Shown here: piece after piece, positions 49,801 through 60,500 of the stretch | Layout of the letters: the number at the start of each line of letters is the position of its first letter | How positions within the stretch are numbered: the stretch's first letter is position 1 | Source of the DNA: Haliotis rubra | Lineage: Eukaryota | DNA: 64,000 nucleotides | NCBI RefSeq assembly: GCF_003918875.1 | Contig: NW_025767152.1 | Span: 682,001-746,000, forward strand | Direction: 5' to 3' | Position numbers and translations under genes: made by a program | Notes under the pieces: model-generated | Told to the model about the DNA's origin: nothing | What the model saw: only the letters and a program-made list of their open reading frames with translations | Databases searched by the model: none

Positions 49801-50503
49801 TGACAGATGAGTGGAAACCCAAACACGTTGTCATGTAATTGTGTAATTGTGTTCTTGTCCTGACTGGAGATATCAAACATGTGATTTCTTTTCCAGACGG
49901 ATTTTATTATAGATTCCTTTTCCTTAGTAGTCAGAGTAGTTGTGGTCATATTAATAACACTCACAGGGTTGAAGAGGTTAATTTTAAACTGGTGAAGTCT
50001 GTTACATCCTTCATTCCAGTTGTATGTTCTAGATGTGAAGATGAAGCGGAGTTGTAGAGGCTTTTTGAATCATCATCACCTAAAGTCTCATTCTTCTTGT
50101 CTGCATTCAATTTTTCAGCTCTCTCTTCCTCTTGTCCTGTTGCTCCTTCTGGACTGAGATGTTTACTATATCATCAGCCAGGGCGGTCAACACTTTCTTG
50201 ATTTTCTGCAGATGGGATGGAAATGCTACAGAACCAAACATATCATCAAACACAATCAGCATGTCACACTGTCGTTGAATTATTGTATCTGCTTGAAACT
50301 CTTCAAGATTTTCAACAAACACAACTTCATATTTCTTTTGCAGATATTTCTCACATATCTTGAGAGCAATGCTTGTTTCCCATCGCCAGGAGCTCCACAA
50401 ACTGCCACATGGTTGTGTTTTTTCAGGAGTTCTTCTGCTGTGTGGAGTGTGTGAATTCCCTCAAACACTTCATTCAGCTGCTTGATCCTGATGCTAAGAG
50501 ATG
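46819..50503 (-). CDS. Terminal exon of a STAND-class (nSTAND3-like) P-loop NTPase + ~20 ankyrin repeat protein; ~1228 aa after restoring four 1-nt A-run losses
   Basis: Acceptor TTTTCAG| at 50504. Walker A VAVCGAPGDGK(T), Walker B MLIVFDDMFG, sensor FIFTSR, GFPL (GxP) motif and winged-helix F.HPSIHD, then ankyrins. ORFs 50280-50519, 50107-50400, 48912-49964 and 46819-48912 fuse when one A is added at each of four T-runs (3685+4 = 2+3x1229). Confidence 0.88.
46920..48516 (-). repeat. Coding tandem array: 8 x 204-bp (68-aa) di-ankyrin units
   Basis: QSAVMMAASRGHYDVYNLLVSEGADLSLTDKxNSDCLxxACxGGNMSIVKHLLSLxTFxINRQGGxxH repeated 8 times (last unit incomplete) with very high DNA identity. Confidence 0.97.
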
Positions 50504-50825
50504 CTGAAAACAAGAACACCAGAAAACTAGAGGACGTCTTCCCAGAAATTGTAACACCAGATGGATTTGGTGTTTAAGTAAAATAGATGCATAATTATAC
50601 ATACAATCTACAATACATTTTCACATAAGGCTAGGGACTAAACAAAAAGCAATATATTTTAATTTTTTAAATATTTCTTCTCCAATAAAACTAGTAACAA
50701 CATCAATGTACAAAGTATGCTAACTTACAGTTAGGTTCATTCCTAATCGGGTCCTACTGAAGACAGATGCTGCACAGTTATGGGAGACATGTTTAGGCTG
50801 TGAGTGACCCTTCACTATTAGTTAC

Positions 50826-50909
50826 CTTGTGATACACAGCCACGATGTCCGGGATTCCCCAATGAAGTGTGAGATGAGTTGGACAGATCATACTGGGATA
50901 CAGAACAAC
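50826..50909 (-). CDS. STAND-ankyrin gene internal exon (GCSVSQYDLSNSSHTSLGNPGHRGCVSQ)
   Basis: TTGTTCCAG| acceptor and AG|GTAACT donor; 84 nt, phase 1-1, fits both neighbouring exons. Confidence 0.6.
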
Positions 50910-51542
50910 CTGGAACAAGAAACAAAATTTGAATGCGTTGAGCAGGTGAGAGTGGAATACTGAACAATCTGGAACAAGACAACACCGTTGAAGGACTTTG
51001 ACAGGTCACACTGCGGTACAGAACAATCTGAAACATGAAAACAACGTTGAGTGACGTGGACAGGAATTGCTGAGATACTGAACAACCTGGAACAAGCAAA
51101 CTGCTGACTATGTTCTTAAAGTGTGCTTTCAGTTTTGGAAAATTGATCATGGTAAATTGTGATCAATCAGAGCTATCAGACGGAATGACAACGAACAATA
51201 ACACAGGACCTAAGCCCAAACAGACATTAAACATTTTAATAACAGTATGTGTGAAGATGATCAATATTTTTAACATATGAAACCAGAATGTTCTTTAATC
51301 GCTATCCTTTAACTAACTTACATCACATTTCATTCTAGACTTTGATTAAGTCCTGTAGGATGTGTAAATATGTTTTTGACCACATATCAGAGATATACTA
51401 TACTGAGAGAAATCTAGAGTAGAACCAGTCCTATTTTGTATTTAACTCTGGCAGACACTCTATCCAAGTACAGTTGGCAGCCATCATGATGGGGAAAATA
51501 TGCTCCAAAACAAGGAGACAGTGATGGTAGGGGAAGATTTAC

Positions 51543-51873
51543 CGATGTGGTTGTGTGTTATTGGAGAACTGGATTGAATTCCCTGTCGCTGGTTCTCCTC
51601 CATTACCGCCGGAGGGTCTGTTCGTTGTAAGGCCATAACACCTTCATGAATTGGGTTGAATTGCATCCCCTCCTTTTGGCTCCCTTCTATTACCACCGGA
51701 GTGTCTGTTGATGGTACGGCGATAACACCTTCTTGTGTTGAGGAAGGGTTGAATTGCATACCCTGCCGTTGACTCCATTTTCTTACCACCGGAGTGTCTG
51801 TTGATGGTAAGGCCAAAGCATCATCTTGTGTTGAGGAAAGGTTGGGTTGTCTCCCCTGCTGTTGACTCATCAA
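51543..51873 (-). CDS. STAND-ankyrin gene upstream exon: three ~30-aa S/T/P/Q-rich repeats (5' boundary uncertain, possibly the acceptor at 51960)
   Basis: ORF 51484-51873; repeats SQxQGMQFNPSSTQEGVxAxPSTDTPVV; CG|GTAAAT donor phase 1. An in-frame stop at 51907-51909 leaves the start unresolved. Confidence 0.55.
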
Positions 51874-52157
51874 GAGTTGATGTCGATGGGGACTGTATGC
51901 ACTCTGTCACATCTGGAATGTTTGTCAGTGGTCCAGTTTCCATTCTTCATGAGACCATTCTGTAAATGTAGTCAATAGTTTATCATATGTCTATGTATTT
52001 CTCAATAAATATTGTCATTAAAAATTAAAATTACAACCAGAAATAATCGGACATGACAAGGTTCATCTTTTTCAGGCTCACAAATTCAGATACGCCAAAT
52101 AAGTTTACGTTTGAGGGTAATAATGAACATGGTCAAATTTAAAACTCAAAATCATGC

Positions 52158-52455
52158 TAGTGGTTAGAGCGTCCGCCCGGAGAGCATCATACAAAAAAGA
52201 CGTTAAAATATGGTACTTGTTGGTCCCTGTCTGGCGCTCGGCATTAATGGGTACAACAAGGACTGGTCGGCTCAGAGTCAGTATAATGTGTCTGAGTGGG
52301 GTATTCATGCTTCACTGCGGCATGGGCTAGCACTATAAAACTAGCGGAAATCTGGGCTTGTACAAGCAGCCGCACATACACATACACAGGCATGCACGTC
52401 GTCATATGAGCGAAATATTCTCAAGCATGACGTTAAACCCAATTTCACCTCACCC
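52158..52455 (+). mobile_element. tRNA-derived SINE, family A (internal deletions)
   Basis: TAGTGGTTAGAGCGTCCGCCCGGAG..AAATATTCTCAAGCATGACGTTAAACCCAATTTCACCTCACC. Confidence 0.85.
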
Positions 52456-54569
52456 CTCCTCAAAATCATGCAAGATGAAAATCGAAATGATGAAATAAAC
52501 ATATATGGTAATGTCAGGAGTATGCAGGAGAAAATTCTGACCCTATTTTTCATTTTCATCCACCAAATTGACAATTAATAAGTATGAGTAGATTTTTGCA
52601 AAAGGCCAAGGAGCTAGCAAGTTTGAGATCGCTTGGGCCACTAAGTTTTCAACATGACCAACACCAGGCTTGGACATATGCAAACCGCCACATAGCTTCA
52701 TAGATCTTAACATCAACGCCAGAATTACCAGTTATGAAGATCTGCTGAAACAAACAACCATCTTACAAAGTATACCGATTGATAGAGCCACTTTGCAAAA
52801 ACTTGGGAAAGACACTCGACATAGAATGGACAGTTTTACGTGGATGCACGTGTGTTAGATCACATCAGAGTGTATGGGTCACCGGCGACAGTCTCTACAT
52901 TCTATACTGAATATATTATATTATGTTACTAACCCATTCAACACCACAGGTCGAATAATCAGCCACAACGTTATGAGTCCCCAGACACCGGAGGCTGATT
53001 AATCGGCAGGCAGTAGTCACGTCAAAATGAGACATGCTTTTAGGAACCTACCTGACTTTTGATTCATATATCAAATCTATCATTTAACAATGTCTGAAAA
53101 CACTTATTAAATTTCAATTTATCATATATTATCAACCAGAATTAAAATTATAAACTATTTTTTCGCAATGTTATTGAAAACAACGATTCTCGGACACATC
53201 CTTCGACAGCGGGTCCTAATAACATTGTCAAAGAGCAAAATAACGATGTTTCCAGGAAATTATTAAATAAATTGAATAGACTAATGAATGAAATCAACAA
53301 CAGCATTCATAAAAATTGATAAAGCGTACGTATAAAATTACAATTTCCATCTTTTTGTGCGATCGTGTAATGCAAGTCAAGTCACTGACAAGTGACATCT
53401 CGGCTCTCGCCGCCTCAATCTTCACGCTCGGACACGATGTTTTAATGCTGAAAATACATACATGAAGCATTTTGTCACGGGTTAATAACTTCGCGGCACG
53501 ATACACGTCAAATAAGTTCCATAATTTGCGTGGTGGCTGCCTGCTTAATATGTTCAGAATAGCATTGTTTCACCCAAAAACGTGTCCGAATCTAAAGTTT
53601 CCGTTTGCGAGGACGGTATCCATTGCCTTAATATGATTGGCTGCCTTAGGTCACGTGTCTGATTTTTGACCAATCGACTACCTATAGCGGACTGTGGCGA
53701 AAAAAGCGTCATTAGAAACCAATCTTTATCAATAAAATCGCTTCTTACAACTGTGAAAATACTCTCGGCAAGGGTACAGGCATATTGTTGATGTTCAAAG
53801 CTTTCGAGACGATGCCCGACTAAACAATAATATTGAGAGGTAACAGTTGACAGCGGAAAACAGTTCAGTCCAAGGCACGGAGACAGAGACATAAAACAAC
53901 ATTAAATTATGAACAACTTGCAGATGGGGATACTGTCATTATGTACGCCCGCTCCACCCGTCCATACAACCACGGAGAGAGTAACCAGTATTCTACGTCC
54001 GTCCTCGTACAAGAACCAGTATTCTACGTCGTCCTCGTACAAGAAGGGGGAGAACTCGTGCAGTAACAGTCCATTATATTTCCACATCACCACAGTCGTG
54101 GACAGGTTAAAATCGGGGCTCAATTTACACTCTTGTGTTCCAAGTTATATGTTTCATTTTCTAGTTATCGTTACGTTACCATATGTTGGGACAAGCTAAC
54201 ATAATCTTTGCATATTAATGTTAGATACCTTTATTCTAAGAATCGTAGTCTAAGATCTATCCATGGGATACAAAAGTCATCTTTACAATACAGTGCATTG
54301 AGAAAGGTAAAAAATCGATGAATGTCACTCGACTGATGCAGCTGAGAATAATTACAATAGAATTTGTTTTCAAGACTTATTTTCATCTTCATAATTGTCG
54401 CTGTAGTATATCAAAGAGGTTTCATTCCTTTATATATATGCGAATGTTATAACTATGAGAACTACTCATACAACTACGGTGTTATGGTTCTAGTTTTGCT
54501 GTTCATTAATGGCAACTTTGCTCGTTAACTCTCACGTTTTTTGGCTGCAAATGTTGACTTTAGAAAATA

Positions 54570-57500
54570 TGACATCTTCAAGATGCTTGTTTTTAAATGC
54601 TTTATAAATGATTTGATTCCAGAGGTTAACTGTACATCTCCTTTACGTGGAGTGCTGTTATCAGAGCGTGTGTCTTTGAACACCAGTAACAGTTAAGTCA
54701 TGACATGTTCGTAACACTGGAAACTAAACAATAACATTAAGACAGCAGTCTACAGAAACAGTCCTGTCCCAAGTGTGGGAGAATATTTAACAGCATACGA
54801 AAATGAACAACTTACAGAAAAAACTCTCACTGTGTGCAGGCCATCCATCCGTCCAGAGTTTTACAGATACGAAGAATAAGGAATATGAAGGCATAAATTC
54901 AAATTTTTATTGGCTAGGATTAATGTGTACCGATAGTTGCCTTGATTTGCCAAACTATCAAAACAGATACACAATTGTCAGTAAGGGGAGTCCTGTAAAT
55001 TCGACCTTTCGTCAGTACATTTCTGGTACTGAATAATGTAACAGACATGTGTTCTGTCTTACCTCCCTTCCAAAGTCTGTAATAGGTAGTGCACTATTGA
55101 TGATATCCAAGTGCCCATAAGCCCGACAGCTTTCGCTTTAACAGGAATTGCCCGGAAAACTATTTATAGCTTATGACTCACTTTGTCGCTGGGCGTTCAG
55201 GTGATTACAAGGCATGACGACCTGAGCTGGGATACATGAATTGCGGTTGTCAATAGAAATAAGCCACTCACGGCGAGAGATTCAAATCTTGAATAAACCT
55301 ATACAGACTTGTCTATATCTAATATCTAGATGTTTAAGATAAGACGAATGAAAAATATGAAGATGATAATTCCACGGTTTTTGTTTGGGGTTAATGTTTT
55401 CCCTAGTTGCCTTGATTTATCAAACTATCAAAACAGATATACAGTCGTTACTTACTAACTATTGACTAAATTTCTGTTACTGATTAATCTGTAAAATAAT
55501 GTTATAAATCGAAAGTACATATACTGTGTATGAAAGATACATTCAATGATCCCTCAAAGTCATTACCGGATTAACAACCTGAGCCGATTCATTCCTCTTG
55601 TCAGAAGCCATGCAATAAACAGATGCTTAACTGAACATTTGTAAATATCATAGATATATCTTGAGGTTGCCCCTGAACATATCTTTATCATTATTTTGAC
55701 ACTTTAAAAAAACCCTCCAAACTCACAAACTTGCATTAAAACATTGTTTATGAACGTTTATGAACAGGAAATAAGAGGAAAATAAAATATCGGAATAATG
55801 GAACATGAAACACCATTCCGAACTATGAACACGCAAAACACCGAATACCCCACAGAAACAATAAATGCTCACAGACCTGGTTTATGAAAAACAAACGTAG
55901 TAAATCTAGATGAGTTAGATAGCTATAATTGATACTAATATTGATGTTGACTAATATTGACAAATGTCTTCTGTATTTAGACTTATTACATAAAAATATT
56001 ATTGTTAATACCTAATAAAGGAAACCGATAAAATCTGCAATTCCTAAATGTCAAAGAAATTTGAAGAAATTAATGTACACTGAATAGATATATATTAATC
56101 TCTTTAACGTTTTTACAAACATTTAGATGTATACATTTGGAAATAAAACACTTAAAGCTCGGAATAATTACGACCACAGAATATGTTTTCAACAAATTCA
56201 TTTCATCATCATAATTGTGTAGTATATGAAAGAGGTCTCATTCGTTTATGAAATACAGCAATGAGTGATTGTTAAAACTATTAGAATCATTCAGAAATAG
56301 AGTTATCGTTCAAGTCTGAAGTAGTTCTGCTGTTCATTAGCCAACATTAAATCCTTCAGCTTGGCTTGTAATAACACGAATTGGTCACGAATGAAATGCA
56401 GCTCGTCAACTCTACACTGTGACGTCAGGTCACATAATAGTGTAATGGTAGGGTTACTTTTTTAGTATAAAATAAGGCTTCTTTTAGGGTGGGGACAGGC
56501 TAGGCATAGGCTTGGCTAAAAGTAACACACCAGGCTTTGGCTTCAGTGGTCTGGTCCATTTAGCTCTTGAGGGGTAAGGACACGCTAGGCAAGTGCCTAG
56601 TATGCTTCTTCCCCATTGTTATGCAATGGAATGGGCCAGTGCATGAGCATCTCATGAGCAGAGGGATTAGTCCACTGAACTTTTCTTTTGTAGGCATTTA
56701 TTGGGTAATTTTCAGAGCATGGCTTTTATTGGATAAGAGTTATGGGTATATTTAATAGGGTTTTCACTTTTCGCAGGATCCTTGGAGGCATTATTTTTGT
56801 TGTTGTTTCTTTAACTTTGTTTATTGTTGATTTTATGATATATATTAGTTGAGTTGGAAATAAATTTATTTGGTTTGCAAAATCTTGTGTTTGGTTGTCA
56901 TTATGACTTTAAACCCCTAAATCCTGCGGACCTGAGGACCGGAAACAGGATCCACCTGTTACAATAGCAACTCTAGTCGTCAACTCTCGCTAGTTTCCGG
57001 AACACGAGTACTTATTTTAGAAGACCATTGACTTTATAATAAATATCATCTTCAAGATGCTTGTTTTTATATGCTTTATAAATGATTTGATTTGAGTTTT
57101 ACTGTACATCTCCTTTACGTGGAGTGCTGATATCAGAGGGTTTGGAGTAGCTTTGAACTCAAGTGTTTGGTCACCAGTAACAGTTAAATCATGACATGTT
57201 CGTAACACTGGAAACTAAACAATAACATTAAGACAGCAGTCTACAGAAACAGTCCTGTCCCAAGCGTGGGAGAATATTTAACAGCATACGAAATGAACAA
57301 CTTACAGAAAAAACTCCCACTGTGTGCAGGCTGTCCATCCGTCCAGAGTTTTAAAGATACGAAGAATAAGGAATATGAAGGCATAAATTCCACTATTATT
57401 GGCTAGGATTAATGTTTACCGATAGTTGCCTTGATTTCCCAAACTATCAAAACAGATACACAATTGTCAGTAAGGGGAGTTCTTTAAATTCGACCTTTGG

Positions 57501-59340
57501 GTTGAGGTAAAAATCGTCAGTAATTAGGTACTACGTACATTTCTGGTACTGAATAATGTAACAGACATGTGTTCGGTCTTACCTCCCTTCCAAAGTCTGT
57601 AATAGGTAGAACACTATTGATGATATCCAAGTGCCCATAAGCCCGACAGCTTTCGCTTTAACAGGAATTGCCCGGAAAACTATTTATATCGCTTATGACT
57701 CACTTTGTCGCTGGGCGTTGAAGTGATTACCAGGCATGACGACCTGAGCTGTGTTGCATGAATTGCAATTGTCAATAGAAATAAGCCACTCACGGCGAGA
57801 GATTCAAATCTTGAATAAACCTATACAGACTTGTCTATATTTAATAACTAGATGTTTAAGATAAGACGAATGAAAAATATGAAGATGATAATTCCAGCAG
57901 ATTTGTTTGGGGTTAATGTTTTCCATAGTTGCTTTGATTTATCAAACTATCAAAACAGATATACAGTCGTTACTTACTAACTATTGACTAAGTTTCTGTT
58001 ACTGATTAATGTAACTGATTAATCTGTAAAATAATGTTATAAATCGAAAGTACATATACTGTGTATGAAAGACACATTCAATGATCCCTCAAAGTCGTTA
58101 CCGGATTACCAACCTGAGCCAATTCATTCCACATTTCAGAAGCCATGCTATAAAACAGATGCTTAACTGAACATTTGTAAATATCATAGATGTATCTTGA
58201 GGTTGCCCCTGCACATATCTTTAACATTATTTTGACACTTTTAAAACACACACACAAATCACAAACTTGCATTAAAACATTGTTTATGAACGTTTATGAA
58301 CTGGAAATAAGAGGAAAATGAAATATCGGAATAATGGAACATGAAACACCATTCCGAACTATGAACACGCAAAACACCGAATACCCCACAAAAACAATAA
58401 ATGCTCATAGACCTGGTTTATGAAAAACAAACGTAGTAAATCTAGATGAGTTAGATAGCTATAATGGATACTGATATTGATGTTGACCAATATTGACAAA
58501 TGTCTTCTGTATTTAGACTTATTGCATAAAAATATTATTGTTAATACCTAATAAAGGAAAACGATAACATCTGCAATTCCTAAATGTCAAAGAAATTTGA
58601 AGAAATTAATGTACACTGAATAGATATATTTTAATCTCTTTAACGTTTTTACTAACATTTAGATGTATACATTTGGAAATAAAAAAACTAAAAGCTCGGA
58701 ATAATTACGACCACAGAATATGTTTTCAACAAATTAATTTCATCATCATAATTGTGTAGTATATGAAAGAGGTCTCATTCGTTTATGAAATACAGCAATG
58801 AGTGATTGTTAAAACTATTAGAATCATTCAGAAATAGAGTTATCGTTCAAGTCTGAAGTAGTTCTGCTGTTCATTAGCCAACATTAAATCCTTCAGCTTG
58901 GCTCGTAATAACACGAATTGGTCACGAATGAAATGCAGCTCGTCAACTCTACACTGTGACGTCAGGTCACATAAATGCAACTGAAGTCGTCAACTCTCGC
59001 TAGTTTCCGGAACACGAGTACTTCTGTTAGAAGACCATTGACTTTATAAAAAAACATCATCTTCAAGATGCTTGCTTTTATATGCTTTATAAATGATTTG
59101 ATTTGAGTTTTACTGTACATCTTCTTACGTGGAGCGTTGATATCAGAGGGTGTGAAGTAGCTTTGAACACAAGTGTTTGGTCACCGGTAACAGTTAAATC
59201 ATGACATGTTCGTAACACTAAACAATAACATTAAGACAGCAGTCTACAGAAACAGTTATATCCCAAGCATGGAGACAGTGGGAGAGTATGTAACATTGAA
59301 TAAGAACAACTTACAGTGAAACTCTGATAGTGTGCGGGCG
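54570..59340. repeat. Direct tandem duplication of a ~2.0-kb unit (~2.3 copies), with older related pieces at 53850-54520 and 59340-59470
   Basis: Anchor CATCTTCAAGATGCTTG at ~54574, ~57047 and ~59058; long colinear identity between 54570-56440 and 57045-58975. Confidence 0.93.
56441..56963 (+). mobile_element. Solo LTR (Ty3/Gypsy-like), 523 bp
   Basis: TGTAA..TTACA termini, 4-bp TSD ATAG, internal AATAAA at ~56859; absent from the paralogous site at ~58975. Confidence 0.8.
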
Positions 59341-59844
59341 GTCCACCCGTCCATACAACCAGGAAGTTACCCGGGTTCTATTTTCGTTATCGTGTATGAA
59401 GGGGGACAACTCGTACAGTAACAGTCTATTATATATCGACATCACCTTACGTTGTGGATAGGTTCAAATCATGGTTCTCGTCAATACTCTTCTTTTAATA
59501 CTTTGTTTTAGTTTGTATTCCATATTTGGTTACCGACTTACAAACTATCCTAATCTATGTATGGTATTTTCATGGATCCGAGGACGAGGTCAATTCATTG
59601 GATTCCTATGGCATGCTTGCCGCATGATTTGACTGTTAATGACATTAGGCACTGTATGGGCAGACCTATCGGCGTACAGTTTGTAAAACATGACAGCAGA
59701 TTTGAGAAAACCTTCATAGAAGACACGTGTACTATTTGACATCGAACATGTGATACACGCGTTTACTGTATAACCAACATATATTACGGTATTTAATTTA
59801 TTATATACCTGTTTTAGACACAGTAGTCCTTGTATCCGACTGCG

Positions 59845-60090
59845 CGTGAACACACAGACAGAAACACGCACACACACACAGATAAACAGAAACACGCACA
59901 CACACAGACAGAACACGCACACAGACAGACAGAAACACAGACACAGACATAAACGCAAACACAGACAGAAACACGCACACAGAGACTGAAACACGCACAT
60001 ACAGACAGAAACACACGCACACACACAGACAGGCACACGCACACACACACAGGAACACGCAGACGCACGCACACATACATACACACACAA
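59845..60090. repeat. CA-rich compound microsatellite
   Basis: ACACACAGACAGAAACACGC-type units. Confidence 0.93.
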
Positions 60091-60500
60091 ATATTCAAAG
60101 AAACCGCACATACACAAGGATTAGACAATGTACTGGATGAATATGCACAGTTCAGTAAAAGAAAAGCCGACATTAGCAAAAGGGTTAAACAACAAACAAA
60201 CAAATCACATGGCCAGGCAAGCGTGTGCAGGAGAACGTATTGACGATGAATATCATACTCAACGTCGTCAGTAGCCTGTTGGCGAGAACGCTCAAGGTGC
60301 ATTATCGCTTAAAGCAACCTAAAACCATACCCACTCACTTACTGATAGGTTCATTGTAAATGTCACTTTTCAGATCATTGTTCTTTTCGTTGCTCCGTTC
60401 ATCGTTCAAATCATTGTTCATGTCACTGTTCAGTTCATTAAACATGTCACAATTCCTTTCCCTGTTCATGTCCTTTTGCGAACACGCCGATGGTTGAACG

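Noticed and set aside
46819-50503. Bacterial contamination or recent horizontal transfer as the source of the long intronless STAND-ankyrin exon
   Set aside because: It has a canonical spliceosomal acceptor, phase-matched upstream exons, a long AT-rich 3' region and host SINEs on both sides
53902-59442. Paralogous peptides MWKYNGLLLHEFSPFLYED (~54.0 kb) and MSIYNRLLLYELSPFIHDN (~59.4 kb) as a death-effector-like first exon of the STAND gene
   Set aside because: Differences between the copies are essentially all non-synonymous, the frames diverge after an internal duplication and one donor is GC; no sign of coding constraint
59590-60302. Cys/Val-rich ORFs
   Set aside because: Translations of a CA/GT microsatellite
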